From an uncultured Candidatus Saccharibacteria bacterium (GTDB lineage Bacteria > Patescibacteriota > Minisyncoccia > Phycocordibacterales > UBA2100), in NCBI GenBank assembly GCA_964398775.1, contig CAYNND010000003.1, positions 3,879 through 67,878 of the forward strand: 64,000 nt of DNA. The letters run 5' to 3'. The translations under genes and the position numbers were made by a program. The notes under the pieces were generated by a model. The model saw only the letters and a list, made by a program, of their open reading frames with translations. It had not been told where the DNA came from and did no database searches. Below are positions 34,533 to 43,232 of this stretch, one piece after another (within the stretch, counting starts at the first letter, position 1; the number at the start of each line of letters is the position of its first letter).

Positions 34533-37073
34533 TTACTGCGTCGGCACAGTGACCACGTCACTAAACACACCTCCCGAGAATTTTGCATGCCCGATTGCGC
34601 GTATTGTCACCTCAGGCCCTGAGTCAGGAACAACCGTGATCGAGAATGGCTCACTATTGGAAGCTCCCATAAACACACCATTTACATGGTACTCAACTTT
34701 TTCGAGTGGCTGTGGCCCTGTGTGGCGTACGGTGATTGTAAGGGGTTGTCCCACTTTTATACTTGCCCCTCGTGCCGGGTTTACAATCGCAAAGCTGTGC
34801 TGTTGTGTTGATTGTGAAGCGCCTGCACCAGTTGGTTGAATGATGAGCGCGGCCTGAGCAGCTTCTGAACCTGGCTCGGCACCATCTGGAGTTGCGAGTC
34901 CATTCTGTGCAACCCATGCCTGCACCCCGTATTCCCAATGTCCGAATTGCTGATCTGCATTTGGATTGGCTGGCGCTGGACCTCGTGGGTTATCCTTCGA
35001 TACGTACATCAAAATCGAATGCGCACCTTTATTTCCATTACTCCAGTCCCCATTCAAGACTGGCTGCAATGTGTCGTACGGTATAGGGTCAGGACGCTCA
35101 AACTTTTCATGTGCTACATACTTCAATGCTTCGTTCATATATGCGCGCCACATCGGAGCGATGACATACCCAGCAACCTTATGAACGATTGGAGTATTGT
35201 CATTGTTACCAGCCCATGTTCCAACAGCAATTGTTGGGGTATATCCCACGACCCAAACGTCACGATAATCGTTTGTTGTACCAGTTTTACCAGCAACATC
35301 TATGTCACCAAAATTAAGGAATGAGCGCACACCATATGAAGGAGCGCGTGCAGCGTTATCTGAAAGCACATCAGTCGTTAATCGGGCAGCTTGTGAATCA
35401 ACCGCACGAATTTCCTTTGGTTCAAACTTTGAAATTACAGTTCCTTGCGCATCTTTTATTTCAAGCACGCCCACAATTGGGTTTCGAACACCCTGGTTTG
35501 CAATGGTAGCGTACGCCCCAGTCAGCTCAAGCAATGATACTTCCCCACCACCAAGCACCAGTGAGAACCCGTAGTGATTTGCATTCTGTGTGAGCGTTGT
35601 GATACCAAGACTTTTTGCTGTATTAATAACATTCTGCAGTCCAGCAAGGTAAAGCACCTTAACAGCGGGTATGTTAATCGATTGGGCAAGTGCATTTCGC
35701 AATGTCATCGGACCTCTAAACTTGTCATCGTAGTTTTGTGGTGAATAGCAGTTTTCTTTTGTCTCAAACTCTTCTTTTGGGCAATTTACTGAAAATTGTG
35801 TTGGCACATCGAAGACAACAGTCTCAGGAGTGAAGCCCTTTTCAAAAGCTGCTGTATATGCAATCGGTTTGAATGTTGATCCAGGCTGTCTGAGTGCTGT
35901 TGCAATATTATACTTTCCATCAATTTTTTCATCGAAGTAGTCTCGGGAACCAACCATTGCAAGAATCTGACCTGTTTTTGGGTCTATCGCGACAAGTGCC
36001 GCGTTTTCAGCATTAAAGTCAGTCTCGTTTTTGAGCGCAAATTTCTTTATAATTTCTTCACCAGCTGATTGCAATCTCCAATCGATTGTTGTGATTACAC
36101 TGAGGCCGCCATTGTAGACTGCGTCTGTTCCGTATTTCTGTTCGAGAAACTCGCGAACATAAAATACAAAGTGAGGGGCTTTGATGTTTTTTTCAGAAAA
36201 AGGTAGAAATGCAACCACTTCTTCTTTTGCTGTAGCGTACTCTTCATCGGTAATAAATCCTTCTTCTCGCATTCGCTTCAAGACAAGGTTCTTTCTGTCC
36301 GCAAGCTCAGTGAGATGCTCACCAAATGGTGAGTAGTATGTCGGAGCCTGAGGTAAGGCAGCGATATATGCAGCCTCAGCAAGTGTCACCTCGGCTGATG
36401 TCTTGCCAAAAAAGCGCTTTGATGCCTCTTCTACGCCATATATATTCCCTCCATACGGCATTTCATTGAGATAGATTGAGAGGATCTCATCCTTAGTCAG
36501 CCTACGCTCAAGAGTGAGAGAGAGTATCCATTCTTTCAGTTTTCTTGAGATTGTTTTTTCACCAGTTAGGAGTGTGTTCTTCACCACCTGCTGAGTAATC
36601 GTAGATCCTCCTTGGCTATATGACCCAGAAATTATGTTTGCATAAACTGCACGGAGAATGGCTGTCGGCTTGATACCTTTATGTTGATAAAATTCTGTGT
36701 CTTCAATTGCGACTGTTGCGTTTTTCAGATGTCGAGAAATATCTTCGAAAGGTACGATTGTTCGCTGTACTTCATTATGGACATTAAAAAGGAGCACCTT
36801 ACCGGTGCGATCGAAGATTTTTGTTGACTGGGATACTGGCCTATCCTTAAAACCATCGACAGATGGCAACTCTACACGTGTCGCCCAAGCAAATACACCA
36901 ATAACAGCAAGTGATACACCGACACCTACAACAGCAAGAAAATACCATACATAGAGTGATGCTCGCTTGATGCGGTACATCATTTTCATAAACATATTCC
37001 AAAGGTTTTTTGACCTATCAGTGAGTGGTGTTCCCATGAAAACGCACAGTACCACAAAACCGAGTAAATTCAA
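34533..37073 (-). CDS. Class A penicillin-binding protein (bifunctional glycosyltransferase/transpeptidase, PBP1A-like)
   Basis: 846 aa. N-terminal TM helix. GT51 motifs (EDTEFYQHKGI, QGGSTITQQVVKN). Transpeptidase SxxK (PGSTFKP), SxN and KTGT motifs. C-terminal extension of ~150 aa. Confidence 0.85.
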   Translation of the reverse strand: MNLLGFVVLCVFMGTPLTDRSKNLWNMFMKMMYRIKRASLYVWYFLAVVGVGVSLAVIGVFAWATRVELPSVDGFKDRPVSQSTKIFDRTGKVLLFNVHNEVQRTIVPFEDISRHLKNATVAIEDTEFYQHKGIKPTAILRAVYANIISGSYSQGGSTITQQVVKNTLLTGEKTISRKLKEWILSLTLERRLTKDEILSIYLNEMPYGGNIYGVEEASKRFFGKTSAEVTLAEAAYIAALPQAPTYYSPFGEHLTELADRKNLVLKRMREEGFITDEEYATAKEEVVAFLPFSEKNIKAPHFVFYVREFLEQKYGTDAVYNGGLSVITTIDWRLQSAGEEIIKKFALKNETDFNAENAALVAIDPKTGQILAMVGSRDYFDEKIDGKYNIATALRQPGSTFKPIAYTAAFEKGFTPETVVFDVPTQFSVNCPKEEFETKENCYSPQNYDDKFRGPMTLRNALAQSINIPAVKVLYLAGLQNVINTAKSLGITTLTQNANHYGFSLVLGGGEVSLLELTGAYATIANQGVRNPIVGVLEIKDAQGTVISKFEPKEIRAVDSQAARLTTDVLSDNAARAPSYGVRSFLNFGDIDVAGKTGTTNDYRDVWVVGYTPTIAVGTWAGNNDNTPIVHKVAGYVIAPMWRAYMNEALKYVAHEKFERPDPIPYDTLQPVLNGDWSNGNKGAHSILMYVSKDNPRGPAPANPNADQQFGHWEYGVQAWVAQNGLATPDGAEPGSEAAQAALIIQPTGAGASQSTQQHSFAIVNPARGASIKVGQPLTITVRHTGPQPLEKVEYHVNGVFMGASNSEPFSITVVPDSGPEVTIRAIGHAKFSGGVFSDVVTVPTQ

Positions 37074-37079
37074 CCATTT

Positions 37080-37562
37080 CTAGTGCATTCCCCTCATACT
37101 CGCAAGATGGGTAAGCCCAATTGCAATCGCATCATATTCGTCATCATGGTGTGGTCGGTGCAGGATGGTGATAAGGAGTGGCAGCATTCTCTGGATATCG
37201 GACTTAGAAGCGCGGCCATTTCCTGCAACTGCGACTTTGATTTGGGATGGTGTGTACTCATGCACAGGAAGGTTATGACTGGTCGCAAGTTGTATGAGCA
37301 TCCCTCGAACCTCGGCGACGCGCATTGCAGTACGCTGGTTGTTTGTAAAAAAAAGGCGTTCAAGCGCTACAGACGCAGGTTTATACTTTTGGATTACCGT
37401 ATCACATTCTGTATAAATACAATTAAGCCGTGCCTCGAAAGAATCAGTCTTTTTTGTTGTAGCACAACCCGAGAAGAGTAAGGTGTGTTTTTGTCCTGAC
37501 CCTTTTTCAATAACTGCGATTCCGCATCTATCATATCCAGGGTCTATCGCGAAAATGTTCAT
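37080..37562 (-). CDS. ruvC: Crossover junction endodeoxyribonuclease RuvC
   Basis: 160 aa. MNIFAIDPGYDRCGIAVIE carries the catalytic Asp. RNase H-like fold length and acidic residues fit RuvC. Confidence 0.85.
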   Translation of the reverse strand: MNIFAIDPGYDRCGIAVIEKGSGQKHTLLFSGCATTKKTDSFEARLNCIYTECDTVIQKYKPASVALERLFFTNNQRTAMRVAEVRGMLIQLATSHNLPVHEYTPSQIKVAVAGNGRASKSDIQRMLPLLITILHRPHHDDEYDAIAIGLTHLASMRGMH

Positions 37563-38098
37563 ACTTCAAGTCGTGCTACGTACACAGAATCAATATCCTC
37601 GCGTTCATATAAATCTTCAAGGAGGGAATCGAGCGCTTCGGCAGCTTCACCCTCTACAAGTTGTGGAGCGAATGGATGATATGTGCCGTCATGTTTCTTC
37701 TCAAAAGCCCATAATGCAGATCCACTCAAACCTATGGAACACTCATATTCAGAGAGGAGGTGTTTCAACTCCTGTACAGTCCTATTTCTTGAGTCAGTGA
37801 TTGCACTAATAAGGCACGCAACTCCTCCAGGCGCAAAAAGTTCAAATAATAATGTTTCCATTTGAGCCGCACCAATTCCTTGCCCTTTCTCAATCGCACG
37901 CTCTATATTATCTTTCGGCATATCTGCAGCTCGTGCACGCTCAAGTACCCCCTGTACATTCGTTGCGTTTTCATCACCATGCGCTGCTCTTACCGCATTA
38001 GTGATTGCGCGCGCCATTTTCCCAAACAATGCTCCACGCTTAGCATCAGCTGCTGCTTTTTTATGTTTTATTTGTTTCCATTTACTATGTCCTGCCAT
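37559..38098 (-). CDS. yebC: YebC/PmpR-family probable transcriptional regulator (short)
   Basis: 179 aa. MAGHSKWKQIKHKKAAADAKRGALFGK is the hallmark YebC N-terminus. C-terminus is shorter than the typical ~240 aa. Confidence 0.7.
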   Translation of the reverse strand: MAGHSKWKQIKHKKAAADAKRGALFGKMARAITNAVRAAHGDENATNVQGVLERARAADMPKDNIERAIEKGQGIGAAQMETLLFELFAPGGVACLISAITDSRNRTVQELKHLLSEYECSIGLSGSALWAFEKKHDGTYHPFAPQLVEGEAAEALDSLLEDLYEREDIDSVYVARLEV

Positions 38099-38107
38099 AA
38101 AAAAATT

Positions 38108-38368
38108 TTATACAATATCAATGAGTATATTGTGCGGTCCCATTTCCATATTTATTTCAGAGAGAATTTCTTTTTTTTGTTCATGGAGTGCATACCGAGC
38201 TGCTGCTGGGAGGTGCACCCGCGCACGGTTCTCCTTTATGGTGATAGATGAGGTATGTATTGTGACACCAAATGTTTTTTGTAACACTTTCTGAATTATT
38301 TCTTTTCTGTATCTCTCAGAAACCCCTATATTAGTGTACCGACTTAGTAAAGCCTTTAAATCCTGCAT
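38108..38368 (-). CDS. DUF721-like small protein of the dnaA-dnaN locus
   Basis: 86 aa. Located directly downstream of dnaN, as is typical for DUF721 genes. Weak sequence-level support. Confidence 0.4.
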   Translation of the reverse strand: MQDLKALLSRYTNIGVSERYRKEIIQKVLQKTFGVTIHTSSITIKENRARVHLPAAARYALHEQKKEILSEINMEMGPHNILIDIV

Positions 38369-38369
38369 A

Positions 38370-39479
38370 CTATTTATTCATTGGCATGACTACATAGAGA
38401 AAGGAGCCGTCGGAAACACCTTGAATAATAAGTGGCTTACTTGGGCCAGCAAATGACAACTTGACACTATCAACTGGAATCGATTGAAAACAATCAATCA
38501 TATACTTTTGATTGAAGTTTAGAGAAAGTGACTGACCTTCAATTGTTGCTGTAATACCCTCACTCATCTCACCCGTTGTTGAGTTTTTTGATGTACATAC
38601 AACACTTTTTTCCTCAAGCTGCACAGCAATAGTGACTTGCTTTGAGGCATCTGAAACTACTGCAGCTTTTTTTAACACACCAACAACATCTTCTTTTAAG
38701 GCAATACATTCTGTGTGGAATTGCTTCGGAATAATTTTTCTATATTCAGGAAATGTACCTGATGTTAGACGTGAAGAAAGTGTTATTGTGCCGGTTGTGA
38801 ATACACACATATCCTCATCTACAATACACGAGATTGAATCATTTTTTGAATTCTGAAGAAAAGATATTATCTCTTGTGCATTTTTTACTGGTATAAGTGT
38901 GGTTGGGAATTCATCTTCAGATATAAATGGAATTTTTTTTTCAGCAAGACGGAAAGAGTCAGTAGCCACAAAGACTAACGAAGAACCTTCTGTATACACC
39001 AAAACACTTGCAAGTTCAGGTTTTATTGTTGAGTTTGATGCTGCATATACCACCGATTGAACCCCTTGTATAAACAACTCTTTCGGAAGAGAATATTGTA
39101 TCTTAGATTGAGCTTGTGGAAGTGGAGGGAAATCTTGCGTAGGAAGTAGTGTGAGTTGCACAGTACCTTTTTTTGTTTGAATTGAGCATGTGGTGTTTGT
39201 GAATGACAACACAACCTCACCAGTATGTAGTAGTTTTACTACATCATAAAAAACACGAGCTGGAATAACAAACGAAGTGTCCTGTTGTATATCTTCTGAT
39301 TCGCCTGGTGTACGAACTTCAACACTCATCTCTATGTTTGTTGCTTGAAATATAACTAAGTGTGGCTTTACAGAGACACGAACACCTTGCAAGGTTTGAT
39401 TTTGATGATTTGGTTGCGCAACTCTTGTTATATCTGAGAGTGCTTGTTCTAAGTGTTCTTTTTGAATATATATTTTCAT
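38370..39479 (-). CDS. dnaN: DNA polymerase III beta sliding clamp
   Basis: 369 aa. Three-domain clamp length. Position immediately downstream of dnaA. N-terminal MKIYIQKEHLEQALSDITRV resembles DnaN starts. Confidence 0.85.
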   Translation of the reverse strand: MKIYIQKEHLEQALSDITRVAQPNHQNQTLQGVRVSVKPHLVIFQATNIEMSVEVRTPGESEDIQQDTSFVIPARVFYDVVKLLHTGEVVLSFTNTTCSIQTKKGTVQLTLLPTQDFPPLPQAQSKIQYSLPKELFIQGVQSVVYAASNSTIKPELASVLVYTEGSSLVFVATDSFRLAEKKIPFISEDEFPTTLIPVKNAQEIISFLQNSKNDSISCIVDEDMCVFTTGTITLSSRLTSGTFPEYRKIIPKQFHTECIALKEDVVGVLKKAAVVSDASKQVTIAVQLEEKSVVCTSKNSTTGEMSEGITATIEGQSLSLNFNQKYMIDCFQSIPVDSVKLSFAGPSKPLIIQGVSDGSFLYVVMPMNK

Positions 39480-39645
39480 ATGTCTTATATTAAGGAGTTT
39501 TTATGTGGATATGTGATTATATGAATCTATACATAGTTTTTTTATACACACATTTTGATGAATATATATCTATATTCTTACTATATTTTCTAAGAAAGAA
39601 CAATCCAACAATCTACGCACACACTATACACATCTATCCCCACAC
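39480..39645. promoter_or_regulatory. AT-rich putative DNA-unwinding element plus DnaA-box-like motifs between dnaA and dnaN (part of oriC)
   Basis: The 166-bp intergenic region is strongly AT-rich (ATATATATCTATATTCTTACTATATTTTC). It carries ATGTGGATAT at 39503-39512 (8/9 to TGTGGATAA). Degenerate boxes CTATCCCCA and CTTATCCCC lie at 39634-39653. Confidence 0.5.
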
Positions 39646-40998
39646 TTATCCCCGTAGTAATACACGGATTTGATCAATCTCTTGTGCGAGGGTTTGGTCA
39701 CGCTCAATCATTTCTCGAATTTTCTCACATGAGTGAATAACAGTGGTATGGTCTCTTCCTCCTAATCTATCCCCTATACTTGGATATGAAACACCTAAAT
39801 CTTCACGCATAAGAAACATAGCTATTTGTCGTGGTTTTACTACATCTTTCTTTCGTGTTTTTTCATATATAGCAGATTCAGGTATCTCATAATATTGAGA
39901 TACAGAGCGTAGTACTTCTTCCGGAGACACACTCTTCGATGGTCGTGTGTTGTGTTGAATAATCGAACGAATCTCAGGAAGGGTTAAATCTCTTCCCTTA
40001 ATGTTTGTGTTACAAAAAACTGCGTTTAGAATACCCTCAAGTTCTCGGATATTTCCACGCACTTCTTTTGCAATATATTCAATCGTCTCATTTCCTATCA
40101 TAAATTGCTGTTGAGCCACCTTTTCTCGAATTATTGAGATACGAGAGTCCATATCTGGTTCTGGGATCTCTGCGGTGAGTCCAGCACTAAATCGTCCCTT
40201 AAGGCGATCCTCAAGCCCTTGCAAAGTTTGTGGATGTTTATCAGATGAGAAAATAATCTGCTTGTTATTATCAAAGAGATAATTAAAGAGGTGAAAAAGC
40301 TCTTCCTGTGTTCTTTCTTTATCTGCGATAAATTGTACGTCATCCATTATAAGAACGTCGTATTGGCGGTATTTATCCTTAAATTGATTGGCGCGACCTG
40401 CACGAACTGCGTTGTAGTAGTCAACAGCAAACTGCTCGGATGTGCAGTACAGCACTTTCTTATTTGGGTATACTTTCTTGAACTGATTACCAATTGCCTG
40501 CACGAGGTGTGTTTTTCCATGCCCTGTAGAGCCGTATACGAAGAGAGGGTTGTATGCAAGTGCTGGGTTTTGTAGTACTGCGAGCGCAGCAGCGTGTGCA
40601 AGTTGGTTGAATGGACCTACAACAAACGTGTCGAATGTATACCGCGGATTCAAGTTGTCTCGTTTATCAACATATAACTGATCAATCCCGAGTGAGCCGT
40701 TTGTACTCTGGGCTGGTTTTTCTGGGTTCAGTTTTTTCATCGCGGTGACTTTTGCGACTGTGTACTCCACGTTACGCACACTGTGGTCAACTTCCCGGAG
40801 TGTCTTTAAGATAATGGTGTGGTATTTCTCCGCGATCCAATCGCGCGCCATTCGATTTGGGGTACCTACGTAAATAATCCCCTCATCTCTACGTACAATA
40901 CCAGTATCTTTAAACCATGTTTTGTAGTTTGCTTCTGATATTGAGCGCTCGACTGTTGCAAGTACGGTATCCCATAGGCTTTTTTGTTCTCCAGTCAT
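39646..40998 (-). CDS. dnaA: Chromosomal replication initiator DnaA
   Basis: 450 aa. AAA+ Walker A VYGSTGHGKTHLVQAIGN and Walker B ILIMDDVQF. C-terminal DNA-binding domain with the DnaA signature (IGDRLGGRDHTTVIHSCEKI). Confidence 0.9.
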   Translation of the reverse strand: MTGEQKSLWDTVLATVERSISEANYKTWFKDTGIVRRDEGIIYVGTPNRMARDWIAEKYHTIILKTLREVDHSVRNVEYTVAKVTAMKKLNPEKPAQSTNGSLGIDQLYVDKRDNLNPRYTFDTFVVGPFNQLAHAAALAVLQNPALAYNPLFVYGSTGHGKTHLVQAIGNQFKKVYPNKKVLYCTSEQFAVDYYNAVRAGRANQFKDKYRQYDVLIMDDVQFIADKERTQEELFHLFNYLFDNNKQIIFSSDKHPQTLQGLEDRLKGRFSAGLTAEIPEPDMDSRISIIREKVAQQQFMIGNETIEYIAKEVRGNIRELEGILNAVFCNTNIKGRDLTLPEIRSIIQHNTRPSKSVSPEEVLRSVSQYYEIPESAIYEKTRKKDVVKPRQIAMFLMREDLGVSYPSIGDRLGGRDHTTVIHSCEKIREMIERDQTLAQEIDQIRVLLRG

Positions 40999-41150
40999 GC
41001 GAAAATGATTATCGGGTAAGTAGGTGCATTATACAGACGAGAATGGTTCCCGCATCTCTCCCCTACGTGGGGATTGAGTGTATAACATGTGGATATCCTA
41101 AGTTAAGCCATATCCGTTGATTTTTTATACATTCCATGCCATAGTACCGC
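40999..41150. promoter_or_regulatory. dnaA-rpmH divergent intergenic region with DnaA-box-like 10-mer (oriC/dnaA promoter region)
   Basis: ATGTGGATAT at 41087-41096 is identical to the 10-mer in the dnaA-dnaN spacer. The embedded palindrome GGATATCC is present. The region is flanked by divergent dnaA and rpmH. Confidence 0.45.
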
Positions 41151-41286
41151 CATGAAACGAACGTACCAGCCAAAAAAGCGCAAACGAGCGCGAACACACG
41201 GCTTTCTCAAGCGAACAAAAACAGCTTCAGGAAAGCGCGTCTTGAAGGCCCGACGCCGCAAGGGGCGAGCGAAGCTCTCAGCGTAA
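41151..41286 (+). CDS. rpmH: 50S ribosomal protein L34 with apparent +1 frameshift (extra A in the A6 run 41216-41221); effectively a pseudogene as written
   Basis: Frame 1 from ATG 41151 gives [23 protein letters not shown]. After the A6 run the L34 C-terminus [21 protein letters not shown]-stop continues in the +1 frame to TAA 41284-41286. An A5 run would restore a canonical 44-aa L34. Confidence 0.6.
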
Positions 41287-41290
41287 GTGA

Positions 41291-41605
41291 ATGCTTAAGA
41301 AACAAAACCGCCTCAGAAGGCTTGATGTTGAAAAAACGTTTAAGAACGGCTCTTTTTTCCGTGGAAAGGCCTGCATAATACGTGCCCTCCCTTCCCCAAT
41401 CACTCGTGCAGCGATAGCAGTTCCCAAAAAGGTCGCAAAAACTGCTGTAGTAAGAAATAAGCTCCGAAGATATATATATACTCTGTGCGAAAGAAATCCC
41501 AAATTTCCGCTCTTGCAAAAAGACATAGTTTTTGCAGTAACAGGAACTGACACTGCGACGATACAGAATGATATTGATTCGTATTTTGAACAGTTGACGA
41601 AGTAA
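41291..41605 (+). CDS. rnpA: Ribonuclease P protein component
   Basis: 104 aa. Basic, MLKKQNRLRRLDVEKTFKNG...RNKLRRYIY (RNR motif region). Canonical position after rpmH. Confidence 0.8.
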   Translation: MLKKQNRLRRLDVEKTFKNGSFFRGKACIIRALPSPITRAAIAVPKKVAKTAVVRNKLRRYIYTLCERNPKFPLLQKDIVFAVTGTDTATIQNDIDSYFEQLTK

Positions 41606-41627
41606 AGAGTCAGCGTATGATGCAGCG

Positions 41628-42332
41628 ATGTATTCACTATTCATACAAGCAGTTTATATCCCGATATATTCCGCCCTCGTCTTTGTAATTGATTTAGTTC
41701 CTGGCGGTGACGTTGGTATAGCATTGGTAATTGTTACGATTGTTGTACGCTCCCTGCTGCTCCCTCTCGCGCTTAAAACAAGTCGTGCTCAGAAGGTGCT
41801 CCGTGAGATACAGCCAAAACTCGACGAGATTAAGAAAAAATATACTGATCAAAGAGAGATGGCTGAGAAAACGATGGCTTTGTATCGAGAAAATAATGTC
41901 AGCCCGTTTTCCGCAATTCTTATACCACTGGTTCAAATACCAGTGATTATTGGGCTCTATGTCGTGTTTGCAAATGGCGGGCTCCCAACCATTACTCCTG
42001 AGTACCTGTATTCATTCGTTCCAATACCTGAAGCAGTTAACATGCACTTTCTCGGGATCATAGACATGGCTTCAAAGAGCCTTATTCTTGCAATTGTAGC
42101 GGGTATTACACAATACATATACGCACAAGCAATGCCGAAGCCTCAAGAGCAGGCAGAACCATCATTTGCCGGAGACTTCGCAAAAGGTATGCATGTACAA
42201 ATAACATACGTACTCCCTTTTATAATAGGCTTTGTTGCCTATTCAATCTCGGCCGCAGTAGCTCTTTACCTCATCGTTGGAAATGTGTTCTCGTTCTGCT
42301 CTGAGTTGTACACTCGCCGCTCTGTGAAGTAG
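41628..42332 (+). CDS. yidC: Membrane protein insertase YidC/Oxa1 (short form)
   Basis: 234 aa. Multiple TM segments and the conserved PLALKTSRAQKVLREIQPKLDEIKKKY region. Canonical rnpA-yidC-jag order. Confidence 0.8.
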   Translation: MYSLFIQAVYIPIYSALVFVIDLVPGGDVGIALVIVTIVVRSLLLPLALKTSRAQKVLREIQPKLDEIKKKYTDQREMAEKTMALYRENNVSPFSAILIPLVQIPVIIGLYVVFANGGLPTITPEYLYSFVPIPEAVNMHFLGIIDMASKSLILAIVAGITQYIYAQAMPKPQEQAEPSFAGDFAKGMHVQITYVLPFIIGFVAYSISAAVALYLIVGNVFSFCSELYTRRSVK

Positions 42333-42344
42333 TATTAGTCTACC

Positions 42345-42794
42345 ATGAACGAAGTACGTACTATTGTATCTGACATACTAAAAACATTCGGAGTCGAAGC
42401 TCAGTTTGAGGAGCGTTCGTTTGCGGAGCAGCCGGTGCTTGCGATTACAGTTGCAGATGGGCAACTACTTATCGGTTCACAAGGTGACCGTCTCCGTGCG
42501 CTCAACACCCTTGTTCGTATGATTGCTGAAAAAAGAGGTGTAACTGAAAGGTTTACTGTAGATATAAATAACTATCAACACGATGCTGTAGTGCAGTTAC
42601 AAAATACTGCTAAAACACTTGCTGAGCGCGCTCGCACACTAAAATATGATGTTGAGTTAAACCCAATGCGCCCATTCGAGCGCATGATTGTACATGCGGC
42701 GCTCTCCACAGAGCCTCACATCAAAACAGAGTCAATTGGCGAAGGTAGAGATCGCCGTATTGTAATCAAATACATAGAAGCACCAGCTGCTTAA
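42345..42794 (+). CDS. jag: Jag/KhpB-like RNA-binding protein (KH + R3H domains)
   Basis: 149 aa. C-terminal R3H motif ELNPMRPFERMIVHAAL...GEGRDRRIVI. Located after yidC. Confidence 0.7.
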   Translation: MNEVRTIVSDILKTFGVEAQFEERSFAEQPVLAITVADGQLLIGSQGDRLRALNTLVRMIAEKRGVTERFTVDINNYQHDAVVQLQNTAKTLAERARTLKYDVELNPMRPFERMIVHAALSTEPHIKTESIGEGRDRRIVIKYIEAPAA

Positions 42795-43231
42795 GGGCAA
42801 CCATTTGGGTCAGTGCAGGTGGTGCCGCCACCGGTAGTACCACCACCTCGTTGTGTCTGCGGGAGCTGCTCAAGGTTCACATTTAAGTTGAGCAAATCTG
42901 GGTTGATTTGATTAAATATAACGTATGTAGAGAGTAGCATAATGAGCCCAAGGAGTGCGTTCTGCATTCTATCTTTTGACTCACCCATCTGGACGGCACC
43001 TGACTCCGTCATCATGTACACTATTCCACCGTACACAAATTGCGCCACGGCAACAACAGCACCTATTGAGATGGTCATTTTAAATGCGGCATTCACAAAG
43101 GCGCCAAGGTTGTCATATGATTCATAGATTGATACACCACCAATCAATAGCGAATCACCAAGAAGTCCCTTAAAGCCCGCTGCTTGGGCTGCCTGGTGAG
43201 CTATGAAGCTTATGTCATTCAATAAATCCAT
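42791..43231 (-). CDS. Candidate VirB2/TrbC-like pilin (two-TM hairpin), first gene of the T4SS-like cluster
   Basis: Start taken at the internal ATG 43231 (MDLLND...). The track ORF extends to 43276 and overlaps its upstream neighbour. Two hydrophobic segments (ISIGAVVAVAQFVYGGIVYMM and ALLGLIMLLSTYVIF) separated by a short polar loop. Gly/Thr-rich tail. Confidence 0.3.
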   Translation of the reverse strand: MDLLNDISFIAHQAAQAAGFKGLLGDSLLIGGVSIYESYDNLGAFVNAAFKMTISIGAVVAVAQFVYGGIVYMMTESGAVQMGESKDRMQNALLGLIMLLSTYVIFNQINPDLLNLNVNLEQLPQTQRGGGTTGGGTTCTDPNGCP

Positions 43232-43232
43232 A

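Noticed and set aside
34549-37000. Several 60-130-aa plus-strand ORFs within the PBP1A gene
   Set aside because: They are antisense to a confidently identified class A PBP and have no independent support.
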